Assembly (NCBI GenBank): GCA_051294375.1
Contig: CM119264.1
Coordinates: 3,728,689-3,792,688, forward strand
Direction of reading: 5' to 3'
Origin: Paraspadella gotoi
Taxonomy: Eukaryota > Animalia > Chaetognatha
Length of the DNA stretch: 64,000 nucleotides
Made by a program: the position numbers and the translations under genes. A model generated the notes under the pieces. The model worked only from the letters and a program-made list of their open reading frames with translations, ran no database searches and was not told the origin of the DNA. Positions 26,816 through 64,000 of the stretch are shown piece by piece (position 1 is the stretch's first letter; every line of letters begins with the position of its first letter).

Positions 26816-27202
26816 CGTCGTACATCTAATGATTCATCTAATTACGCCGCGTCGGCAGCGGCGGCGACGCGCAGCGGCTGCGTCGCACGGCGGCCCACCC
26901 GCGAGTCCAGCACGCAACCCGTAGCAAGCCGTCCGCCGCGTCGCGAAGGACATTTGAATCGCCGCGCAAGGATTACCGTCAATGATCAGTCGTTGAATTC
27001 GGAGAGAGAATGGGGGAGCAGAGGCACGAGCGCCATGAGGCGAACCTCACGCGCGCGCCGACCTTCAATCCAGCCGCGCGCGGACTGGCGCGCCCGAACG
27101 GAACGACGCCGGAATATGGCGCCGACCGCCTCGTTTCGGTGTCAGTGGGCGCTGAGCAGGAGGGGGGGGGAGGGGGGATCCCCCGGTTGGGGAGACATGC
27201 AG
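26816..27202 (+). CDS. Candidate internal exon (RRTSNDSSNY...WGDMQ)
   Basis: Long polypyrimidine tract plus cgcag acceptor, 129 open codons in phase 0, weak donor CAG|gttcga. Confidence 0.3.
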
Positions 27203-27249
27203 GTTCGAGGCGGACGGCGGAACGAGACTCCTGCGGCCACACGAAAAAT

Positions 27250-27699
27250 AATGAATGAATGAATGGATGAATGAATGAATGAATGAATGAATTAAATGAA
27301 TGAATGATATGAATGAATGAATGAATGAATAAAGAATGAATGAATGATGAATTAATGAATGAACTGAATAATGAATGAATGAATGAATGAATGAATGAAA
27401 TATAAATAAATATAAATAATAAATAAATAAAAAATAAATAAATACAATAATACCACATAAATAAATAACATAAATAAACCCTAAATAAAAAATAACATAA
27501 ATAAATAAAATAATAATAAATACAATCCACCAATCCACACTAACTCACAACTAAAGCAAAATGAATGAATGAATAAAAGAAGGAAAGAAAGAAAAAATGT
27601 AAGAAGGAAAGAAAGGAAAATAAATGATTAAACAAATGAATGAATGTATGAATGAATGAATGAATGAATGAATGAATGAATGAATGAATGAAAGAAGGA

Positions 27700-27743
<44 letters not shown>

Positions 27744-27880
27744 AAAAATGTAAGAAGGAAAGAAGGGAAGAAATAAATGATTAAATAAATGAATGAATGA
27801 ATAAATGAATGAATGAATGAATGAATGAATGAATGAATGAATGAATGAATGAATGAATGAATGAAAGAAGGAAAGACAAA

Positions 27881-27920
<40 letters not shown>
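27250..27920. repeat. Compound (GAAT)n/(GAAA)n/(TAAA)n microsatellite with an internal block duplication
   Basis: aaaaaatgtaagaaggaaaga...aaataaatgattaaa..aaatgaatgaat occurs twice (about 27590 and 27740). Confidence 0.9.
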
Positions 27921-28166
27921 AAAAATAAAGAAAAGTTTTATTTCAATATATAATAAATAATCGAATATACCCTATATTAAACACTCAAGTTTTTATCCTA
28001 TTCGTCCAAATAAATAAAGTTTAATTACTAGAAATTAATTCTCAACATTGAGTGAACGAAACTCTTCCTATTTTTACCTTTTTTCCTTTTTTTTCTTTTA
28101 CGACTTACTCGTCGTCCTCATCATCGTCGTCGTTATCGTCGTCGTCGTCTCATTTCCACCTCGCAG

Positions 28167-28720
28167 ACGGCCGAGGGATTCAGCGACAGCGAAGAAGATG
28201 GATCCGAGGATAACGACTCAACGAACCCGCCTTCCCCCCGCCCGCCCGCCGCCTTCCCCCCGCGCCCGCCGCCTTCCTTCCCCGTCCGCCGGCCTTCCCT
28301 CCCAGCCCGCCGCCTCTCTCTTACCCTATCCCCCTTATCCAACCCACCTTATCCGCCTTCAACCCCGCCCTACCCTCCAGCTTTCCAGTCTCCGCCCCGC
28401 TCCCCCTCCTTCTATCCTCCTCCACCAGCAACTCAACCCTCTCAAGGGACGGGCCGCGATCGGCGACCGTGAACTTACCCGGGAAGAAAAACGGACGCGC
28501 GCCGCCGCGCGCCTGACGACAGACGTTCGTCCCGCCGTCGTCGTCGTCGTCGTCGTCATCGTCTTCTTCTCTCCCCACTGCGAACAAATTATCGCCCGGC
28601 GTATACGACGCGAGCGAACGGCCAGAATCCGACCGCGGAGCTGAAATTCCCAGGCTGCGCGGCGACGCGAGCGGCGTCAGGAAAGCCGGCGTCAGGGAGA
28701 GCAAGCAGCAGCAGCAAACT
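28167..28720 (+). CDS. Candidate Pro/Ser-rich exon, probably with indel errors
   Basis: Acceptor ctcgcag|ACG GCC GAG GGA TTC AGC GAC AGC GAA GAA GAT (TAEGFSDSEEDGSEDNDSTNPPSPRPP...). GC-rich; the frame breaks near 28470, next to a noisy region. Confidence 0.3.
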
Positions 28721-31700
28721 AAGTGTCGAACACAACAGCGTCAGCATACAGCGCAAATCAGACGCAGATACTGGCTACGCAATCGCTAATGGCGGTGGGC
28801 TTGATCGAGGAGAGAGCACCAAGGTTCTTTATCGCAGCATTCTGGTGGGAAAACGAGCAGTTTGACAGTCATAAAGGAGAGATTGACTCCGGGTGTTACC
28901 CTGGAGTGAATAAAAGGATAAATGTAAATGTCTGAGATAACGTGTAGCTCGAAGTCAGAAAGAGGTGTATGTTCTGTATCACGTGACGGAATTTTAGAGA
29001 AGTAAAATTGGGTCACGGAAAAGGCGAAAGGGGACAAGATTTTTTTGTTTGATAATAAAGGTGGAGAGAAAGAAGAAGTAGAGGGAGAACAGAGAGAGTA
29101 GAGGCAGGGAATAGAGAGGAGGGAGAGAGGAGGAACGAGAGAGCGACGAAGAGAGAGAGAGAGAGAGAGCAGAGGGAGGAGAGAAGAGAGAGAGAAAGGA
29201 GGAAGAAAGAGGAGAGAGAAAGAAGATTGATACAATGGAAATTGGACCACCGAAGGATGAAGGTCACGAAGCATTCAAAACAAAAACAGATGGGTGGAAT
29301 AACGAATAAACGTCAGCTTTTGGAATCAGAAAAAAATGACTAGAGCGATCTGGATTTGAAAATTTACGTAAAATATTTATTGAGAGAGTGCAAACATGCA
29401 AGAGCAACGCTAGATGATGATTAAGGGCCTCTGCGATAATAATCGGAAAATTCAGTGGGATCCGGTTATTCGTTCGTTTTGAGAGCCGCGACAGAAGAGG
29501 AAGATTCCGAGTGAAGTTGACCAGGAGCAATCGAGGTTATGGCGGAGCTCCCCATGAGAAAGGAATTTTGAGGCATCCATTCATCTCATCTCTCATCTGC
29601 TGCTCTTGCTCTCTCTCTCTCTCTCCTACTGCTCATCTACATCTCTCGTATCTCTCTCTCCTCTCAATGCTCTGACTCTAGCGATTTCTCCTTTTCGAAT
29701 CTTGGGGGGAATCCAGGAGTTCTTGAGAAAAAACCGGTCGGACGGATATTGGAAATTTGGAGAAGAGAGAGAGAGAGAGAGGAGAGAAGAGAGAGGAGAG
29801 AGAGAGAGAGAAGGAGAGAAGAAGAGAGAGGAGAGAAGGGGAACATTCGTTCGGCCGTGGTTTTCCGTAATTCCCAGTGCATTAAAGTCGGAGACAAGAG
29901 AAAAAGAAATGGATAAGAGGAGACACTGTTGGTGGATGAGTAAAGGACATATTGAGTATGCGGTGTGAAATAAAAGGTGGGTGAGGACGGTGTTACAAAA
30001 TGAGTGGGTTTAGTTAAGGAAAACTGGCGAGAAATCGTGATTAAGGTGTGACAATTGTGATTTGTGACGCCAGAGATGTTCAAAGTATTGTAGTGCAGAA
30101 ATTAGTGCAATTAATAATTAGCTGGGTTTAGATTTAATTTATATTGATTTACTTTTTTCACGGAATTCTCTATTGTGAAACATTCCAAAATGTTATACTG
30201 AATTTAAGATATATGTCCTTGTGATGACGTTAAAAGCGTCGATTAGTTTATGATAACGTTGAGACGATATACAGGTCCGAAGAACAGGTATTATGATGTA
30301 AACCTGTTGGATGTAAAACTGGAATTGCATTTCGACAGAGGATTGTGTGAAAAGAAGAAGGGAGATACTCAGTCAGAGAGAAATGTGCGACACATCACAT
30401 TGATCCCGAGTTAAAATTAGAATCTAGATGTGGCCCAAAAGCATTCCGGAGAACGAAGAATCACGTCGAACAGAAGCAGAATGGTCGTACATGATGGGAC
30501 ACGATCAGAGAAAGAACATGGCGTGGGATCTTAGAAAAAGTAAAGACGAAAACGGGAATTGTGGGCAGGGGGTGAGGGTCAAAGCCCTCGGACGCAAGAT
30601 GAGGGCTTTGGGAAAGATGAGAAGAAGCCAAACCGTGAGTGCGCAGAGTCGGAGCATGTGAGGAGCGGGAGAGAGATAAGAGAGAAGAATAAAGAAGGAT
30701 TAAGAGGCCTACGTTCCCGCACGAGAAGTGGAGGAGAGGAGAGAGGTGGAGGGGGGAGAGAGAGAGAGGGGGGACGAGAAAGATGTGGGGAGAGGGAGAA
30801 CGTGAGGCGGGGAGAGCGAGGGGAGCGAAGAGCGGAATGGGAGGACCGAATTAGTAGTGGGCGGGCGGTGGATGTTCGGAGGGAAGTGGAAGAGACATCT
30901 CCAGATGGGAACCGATGTGATAGGAGCGTAGCGCGAGGGAATACCACCCTTCGCTTGATGGTAAGNNNNNNNNNNNNNNNNNNNNNNNNNNNNNNNNNNN
31001 NNNNNNNNNNNNNNNNNNNNNNNNNNNNNNNNNNNNNNNNNNNNNNNNNNNNNNNNNNNNNNNNNAATGACAAAAGTCGCCTTTTTCAGTCATCTTTTCC
31101 ATTTTTTTCATTTTTTGTACATTTCTGCTTTTTCTCAGAAAAGAAACTCTATGTTTTCCTTCTTTCCATTTCCTCCGTAATTATCGTCACCGAAGGAGAA
31201 AATCTCAACCAAACAACAGATTAACTAACGATTTCCAAATTTATTTTCCCCAATTGTTTTTCCTTCTTTTTTCCTTTTTCCTTTATTTCTTTTCTTTTTT
31301 TTCCCTTTTTCTTTCTTTCTCCGCTCTAATCGTTCCATAATTTTTCCTCCTCTAATTGATTCTTTGGCTTCCGCGTTTTCTTTCTCACCTCAACGTGTTT
31401 CTCCTTCGCGCCCCAACGCCTTCGCTGTCTTGTTAACGCTTTACACTTCGCCACCGACTCTTATCCGCTTTTAGGTTCTCCCGATTCTCCTAAAGGGTGA
31501 ATGGCTAATGCTTTCCCAATTAATTACGCCTCAGAAGATTTTCTTCAGCCTTATCAACTGTTTAGTGTTTACTTAAGTTTGCTAAGAGCATCTGTGGATA
31601 ACTGGATATATAATGTGTTTTTCCTTCCCGCCACTTTTTCCCTCACACTTAAACGCCTTTTCTTTTTCGTGCGGATTTTCGCTTTTTTGGTGAAATACGA

Positions 31701-33354
31701 GTAAATTTTTCCCAAAATATTGGCTGAAAACCAACGGTGGTCTCCTTTCCTCTCTAGCGAATGCAGCCGAGTTTTTTTTCGTGTTCTAACATTCAATGAA
31801 AAGCAGTGAATTCCCTCATCAAATTTCGCAAATATAGGGAGAGATGAGAGAGAGAGAGAGAGAGAGAGCTGAGAGAGAGAGAGAGAGAGAGAGAGAGTAT
31901 AGATAGAAGATGAGAGTAGGGAGAGAAGAGAGGAGAGAAGAGAGAAGAGAGGAGTAGATTTTTTAAAGAGAGAGAGAAGAGAGAGAGAAAAAGAGAGAAA
32001 GAGAGAGAGAGAGGAGAGAAGTAGTCGAATCGAGATGAGAGAAGAGAGACGAGAAAAAGAAAGAAAGAAAGAAGAGAAAGAAAAGAGAAGAAAGGAAAGA
32101 AAGCTGAAAGAAGAAGGTAAATGAAAAGAGAGAGCGATGGAGAGAGAGGAGAACGAGAGATTGAGGGTCGAAAGTAGTAAAGGCGGAATAGGAAAGATCG
32201 ATGAGGGCAAACGGGGTAATGGAGGACGGACGATTCGGGCGAATTTAGGGGGCCGTGGCTTTGAAAACGAGAGACGTAGTCTTCCCTTCCGGAAATTCGA
32301 GCCTCGAAAAAAACGAAAGCAGACGATTTGTTTGGATGTGTTGTCGTCGTCGTCGTCGTCGTCGTCGTCTTTCGTATTGTGATGCCTGTATTCATAAATG
32401 GAGATGACGTTTGGGCAGTGACATCGGATCGGCGCCGGAGACTGCAGAGGGCGCCCCAGTGCCGTGTCTGCTCAGTAGCATTCCAGGCGGCGCCCTTTCC
32501 CTACTCAGTTGCCTGTCGCCGCCTCGATCGGTTTTCCAAGAGGCCAACTTAACTGAGTCAATCGTCCGTGAAAACGGTTCACTTCTCGTCGTCATTTTCT
32601 GGGTTTTTTCTTTCTTTTTTTTGCCTCTCACCGGTTTCACAATTTTCTTCTGGTTTTAACTTTCGCCGACGAAAAAGTGAAAATCGAGAAGCGAGAATCT
32701 TTTTGCGCGTTCGGGACTCGATCCCCGAACCCCAAGGACCACTCCTGAGTTCGAAAACATATTAGACGTGACAGTCGTCGTCTTTTTTGTTGTTGTTGTT
32801 TTCGTCCTCGTTTTCTATGTGAACCTCGTCGTCGTCGTCTTTACTTTGTAATCATCTTGTTTCTCGTCATCGACTTTCTTGTCGTCGTCGTCCTTCTTGT
32901 TGTCCTTTCTGTCGTCGTCGTCATCGTCGTCGTTGTTGTTTTCTTCCTCCCCCTCTTCCTCCTCCTCCTCGTCTCGTTTTTCCGCATCCAAAAACATCGA
33001 CCTTTTTTCCCCCAAAATCTTCGTCTCCATTTTTTTCCACCCGAATTCACTCCGCCAAAACGATTCCCTCTCTCTCTCTCTCTCNNNNNNNNNNNNNNNN
33101 NNNNNNNNNNNNNNNNNNNNNNNNNNNNNNNNNNNNNNNNNNNNNNNNNNNNNNNNNNNNNNNNNNNNNNNNNNNNNNNNNNNNNNNNNNNNNNNNNNNN
33201 NNNNNNNNNNNNNNNNNNNNNNNNNNNNNNNNNNNNNNNNNNNNNNNNNNNNNNNNNNNNNNNNNNNNNNNNNNNNNNNNNNNNNNNNNNNNNNNNNNNN
33301 NNNNNNNNNNNNNNNNNNNNNNNNNNNNNNNNNNNNNNNNNNNNNNNNNNNNNN

Positions 33355-59102
<25,748 letters not shown>

Positions 59103-60427
59103 AGAATAAACGAACCAAAAATCAATTTCGATTCACGCGTCACGCAAAAAATCTCACGCCAACGCGTCACACGCAGAATTTTAACGCCAATCCGTAACGC
59201 GTCACCTCGATTGGTCAATCGTCACCCCGTCACGCCGTCATCGCACCGGTCCAAACTAAACCGTCACAATTGGCACAATATGTTTTCGTTTTTATCAATT
59301 ATGTATTGACAAACTTACAATCTGTTTTTATTTTCCGCATTAAATGTCGTTGACTAATTGTAAAACTTCGGATGGGGGAAAATTTTAAAATACACATGAG
59401 CGAGAGAGAAAATGTTTTATTATTTGCAGAATAAAAAACAACTTTTAAACGCTCCGGACAATTTTCTTTTCAGAGATATTTCAAATTAAGTCGCAAAAAA
59501 TTCAGATAGAAAATGAAAAAAAAAAATCAACGATTATTTCTTAAATTATTGCATAAAAATATCATATAATTATGCATTTGTGGATAAGGCGCTAAGTGAA
59601 AAATTAAATTTGACCCAAAGTATTTTTAAAAAAATAACACCATTTATTTTTCACCAGCTAAATATTGCAAACAATAATAATAAACCAAACATCAATTGTG
59701 CTATTGTGGACACAACAAGTTTCAGGGTAATCACCTTGAATCGGTCATATATCCAGCGAAAAAAAGAAAATAAGGTATAAACAATTTAATTTTAGTTAAT
59801 ATAGTTAATGTTAAATGACTGATTTTCGTTAGAAATAGTTTATTTTAAAGATTACTTTACTGTATTTGTTGTAATGATATCAATGAATACTAGAGAGCCT
59901 TCGAGGATTTTAGAATTCGGCCTAATAATTTCTGTTTTTCCATTAGATAATTATAAAACTAAGGAATGCTCCGCATTTGTCATCTTAACTTTCAATGTTT
60001 GTTGCAATCGATTGTAATCGATGTGAGAAGTTGAACAAAAAACTTTGTTTTCATCCTTGGAATCGAGAATGTAAATAATTTCCTCTGATTTCTTTCTCTG
60101 ATCAAAGAAAACAATTTGATTTGATTTCTGAAGCTCAACTTTTTCACAAAAAAACCTAACTGATTTTCTGTCTCAATCCATTGACTCGCAAAAATATTTT
60201 TTCGTTTGTGTAAAAAAAATCTCGTCATAAGAAAACAAATGAATGAAAATCGCGGGAAACTTTTCGTGAAAATAATTAAATATATTTTTCTTGGTCGGAT
60301 TGGGTTCGCCCAAAATCGTTTGCATCACGTGTGAAGCTTGTATTTTGTATTGTCCGTTTTTTTCCCAAACATCGATTCCATGATAGACGCGGCTGATACT
60401 CAGGGGTTGGATCTGAAGAGAGGAGAA

Positions 60428-60604
60428 ATCATCTTCCATCCCTCGACATTCCTTACTTCTTCACTTATTGTCTTCCATGCCTTGACATTCCTTACTTCTT
60501 CATTCATTGGCTTCCATGCGTCGACATTCCTTACTTCTTCACTTATCGTCTTTCATGCCTGGACATTCCTTACTTCTTCATTCATTGGCTTCCATGCGTC
60601 GACA
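60428..60604. repeat. 39-bp tandem repeat, ~4.5 copies, alternating A/B (78-bp higher order)
   Basis: Unit tcttccatgcctcgacattccttacttcttcacttattg, with the cattcattgg variant in every second copy. Confidence 0.9.
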
Positions 60605-63260
60605 GTTCTAATTTAATTTCATATTTTTCGTACTTTGGAAAATTAATTGTTATTCAATTGAATTTGTACATTTTGAAAAGTCCTGTTTTTTCGCCTTTTC
60701 GGAAACCGATTCTTGTTTTTGCAAATAGCTCAATTCATAGATTTTTTTGCAAAATCTTTTGGAAAAAGATAGTTTATTATCTGTAGAGAAATTTATAGTG
60801 ATTTTCCGAGCACCCGTTTTACCACCTATTAGACAAAGTTTATGATCGATTAATAAAATAGTTTTTTATAATTTCTATTATTATTTCAAATCTTTGCTTA
60901 ATTGATTTTTTGTTACACAGTCAACGACTCGCCTAATTGCTTACCTGGCTTGAGTAAATAGTAGCATTTTCAATTAACTGGATCGGACCAACAGAATGAC
61001 GAACATAAATATAAAAAGAAACATGTTTTTTCCTCATTTTAATTTCTCTGGTTGAGCTAATGCAAAATTACAGATAATCACTAGATTACCAACACAATTT
61101 ACAATTGAAAATATTTAGTTAAAACAAGTCAACGAATCAAACATTAGGTATTTAAATATTTCCAGTGATCATAAAAATAAGAAACTCACAAAATAATTTT
61201 TGGCATTGACAAATCAAACAAAATATATTATATATTTATGAATAATAAGATTATATAAGAAATGATATTTTTCAAATTTAAACTCAAATGTAGAAATTTT
61301 TTACTCTAAACCAAAAAAAATGAAAGTAAACAGTGAGGCGTAAATTGTAAAAGGTTGAAAGTTCCGGGAAAGGGAGAAATAAGAATTAATAAATGAGGGG
61401 ACAAAGATCCCAAAAAAAATGGCTGCTACGGAGACGAAAGAGAGAGAAAGAGAAGAGAGAATGAGAGAGAGAGAGAAGAGAGAGAGAGGAGAGGAGGAAG
61501 AGAGAGAGAGAGAGCCTTTAAAACCATTTTTGAGATGCATCTCTGAGGCTGGGAAATTCGTATCTCTCTCCGAATCCCGTCACCGATGAAATGAAGTCGG
61601 CGTTGAACATGTTTTTCTGAGAGAAAGAGAGAGAGAAGAGAGACTAGACGAGAGAGAGACGAGAGAGGAGAGAGACTGAGACGAGCATGAGAGAGAGAGA
61701 GAGACAGAAAAAGAATATGGTTTAAAGTAAAATGGGACAAGGAAAAGGTTCTCAAAAATTTTTATGACAAAATATTATAGCCCACATTATTTGGTACGTA
61801 TATTTTAATTTTTAGGTATTTGTTGTACCTGATGAGTCTCCATCCAATTTTCCAAGACTTTTTTCTGGTCAATCCGATCTGCAATGAAAGGCTGATTGAC
61901 GAGAATGACTGTCGTACCCAGGGCAGTGATGATTACGAAGATGTAAAGGAGAAGCCGATCTGAATATTAAAAAATTATTTAGAAATATTTTGAAATATTT
62001 AGAAAGAAAACAGGGCGTAGGTATCTAAATACATAACAATTATTGAATCTTCAGATAGATTACAATTAAATGAATACAAATATTTAAAAATTACGGGAAA
62101 ACCGGATTAGAATATAAAGAAATGATTATTTCTTTAGAAAGAGGACAAATAGATGGGAAGTAAAACCTTATTTGAAACCAAGGAAAAGATTTAAAAAGAT
62201 AAATACGAAGATCTTGAGCAGAATCCGATATGAATACTAAAAAATAAAATAAATAAATATGAACCTAAAATATAATATTTCCCGTCTCGATCTCACTGCA
62301 CTGTCAAGAAAAAAAAAGAATAAAAAAAGCCCGATGTTCTTTTGGTTTTCAATTTTAGATAATCAACTAGAAGATATCACTTCCGTCCTCAAGTGGCCAA
62401 CTTTAAAAAATTAAAATGAACAACGAAAAATAATGTTGAACAGTAGAAACTAAGACAGAGAAAGAGAGATAGAGAGAGCAAAGGACGAGAGAGAGAGTGA
62501 GAGAAGAGAGGAGAGAGACGACTGATGACGAGACCGAGAAAGAGAGGAGGCGAGAGAGAGCAGAGAGAGACAGAGTTGCAGAACGCGAAGTGGCTGTTGA
62601 AAAAACCGCAAAGAAGAGACGGATGTGTCGACAAAGAAGTTAAAGCCAAAAACAAGCATTAAAAAAAATAATAAATATAAAAATAAAATATGATGATTTG
62701 TTTCGGTCTCGATTAATATCGTATTTTTAAAAATTTAATTAGTTCTTCAAATTATCTGTCCTGACGAAATAAAAAAAAAATTCAAACGATTTAGTGCTGT
62801 TTTATTTGTTTATTTTTATTTTAAGTTTTAAAACAATTTTTTTTTTAAGTGAAAGTTTTCTAAAATACTCCTCACAGTAAGAGCTAATTGTGATATTTCA
62901 AAACCATTTATAAACATAAAATATATATTATATTTTCGTTCTGTTAATTAAAATATTTATATTTTGTTGAATTGTAAACTGTACAATTTATGCGTTTATC
63001 TGTAATGCTGTATGCCCTTTTGAATGTACTGTTTCAACTAATTGTTGTAAACGAATAAAACACATATATATTGAATGTGAACCATAAATTGGACTGTGAG
63101 GGAGTTATGATTAAAAGCTAACCCGGCCTTGCTACGTTACTATTATGTAAGATGGACGAAGGCCTAAACCGAAGTCAGAGGTAAGATAGCTTATTTATTA
63201 AATCAATAGATAATTACTATATTGGTTGTACCAATTTTACGTAAAGAAAGAGAGAGATCT

Positions 63261-64000
63261 TTAATCACATGATATGATATGACAATGACAGAACATGAAA
63301 GAAGTTCAAAAACCTTTCCTAGCCCTTGTATTTATGAAATGTACTGCTAGTTCTTTATTTCTTATAGATTTGAGGTTTTCGGTCTCTTCACAAATAAAAC
63401 TAACTATAGGAGAATTAATATGCATTAATGTAATGGGCACAGACCGACGGACAGACATAAATGCGACCAAACAGACCGACAGATAGACCCATCGACCGAC
63501 CGACAGACCCGACGAAAAGTGACTTTGTAGACGAGTACTCGCGGTGCCAACTAAAAATCTATATCATATTACTCTTCTCTCTCTCTCTCTCTCTTTTCTC
63601 TTCCTTCAATCCCAATTCATTATATCTTCCTTCTTTTCCTTTTTATTTTCTTCTCTCTGGTCACATTCCCTCCCTCGCCTCTCTCATATTCTTCCACCCT
63701 CCTCTCACCCTCATCTTTCCCTCCTCCTCCCTTCCTCTCTCCTGCCTCTACCCCCTTCCCTCTTCCCCCTCTTCCTCAGTTCCTCTCCCCTCACTCTTCT
63801 GCCTCCCTCCCTCCTCTTCCTCCTAATTTCCCTTCCTCCTCTTCCCCTCTTCCTCTCTTCTCGTACCTCTCCCCCTCCTCTTTCCTCCTCTCCTCCCTCC
63901 TCTCCCCTCCTCTTCTCCTCCGTCCTCTCCTCCCTCCTTCCCTACTCCCTCCTCTCACCCCTCCTCTTCCACCCACCCCCCCACCAATAACCAGATTCCG
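63261..64000 (+). repeat. Duplicate of the SOCS7 intron and the SOCS-box exon acceptor
   Basis: 63261-63428 matches 50490-50659; 63425-64000 matches 57926-58516, ending caataaccag|attccg. Confidence 0.85.
63430..63557 (+). mobile_element. 3' end of a possible Helentron-associated (HINE/DINE-1-like) element; copy at 57930-58039
   Basis: (GACC/GACA)n microsatellite followed by aaagtgact...ctcgcgg..caactaaaaa, a degenerate terminal hairpin plus A-run. Confidence 0.35.

Noticed and set aside
61826-61865. CTGATGA-GTCT...AGAC hammerhead-like start
   Set aside because: No GAAA after stem II.

Overview
AT-rich, microsatellite-dense genomic DNA from a eukaryote, most likely an invertebrate animal; the species cannot be determined from the sequence. 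It is a draft scaffold with ten N-gaps and several noisy, apparently unpolished long-read fills. Nearly all ORFs in the supplied track are (GA)n, (GAC)n or (GAAA)n artefacts. Two spliced genes can be reconstructed by hand. (1) Minus strand, 22097-18489: five exons, 590 aa, with a putative DZIP3/hRUL138-like HEPN domain (RREMAH, Rx4H), a coiled coil, and a KLHDC1/2-like Kelch propeller lacking the usual C-terminal BC/Cul2 box. Its last intron is essentially a TIR-bounded MITE whose ends supply the splice sites (introner-like). (2) Plus strand, from at least 33355 to 59102: a SOCS7/Socs16D orthologue with a long low-complexity N-terminus, SH2 domain and SOCS box, carrying a few 1-nt indels that look like assembly errors. 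Other elements: Penelope-type minimal hammerhead ribozymes, two inverted tRNA-Gly-derived SINEs, two MITE families, a TTAA-flanked 7.3 kb TIR insertion whose empty site is also assembled near the window end, an inverted copy of the SH2 exon, and a minisatellite built of GTAAGT splice-donor motifs.
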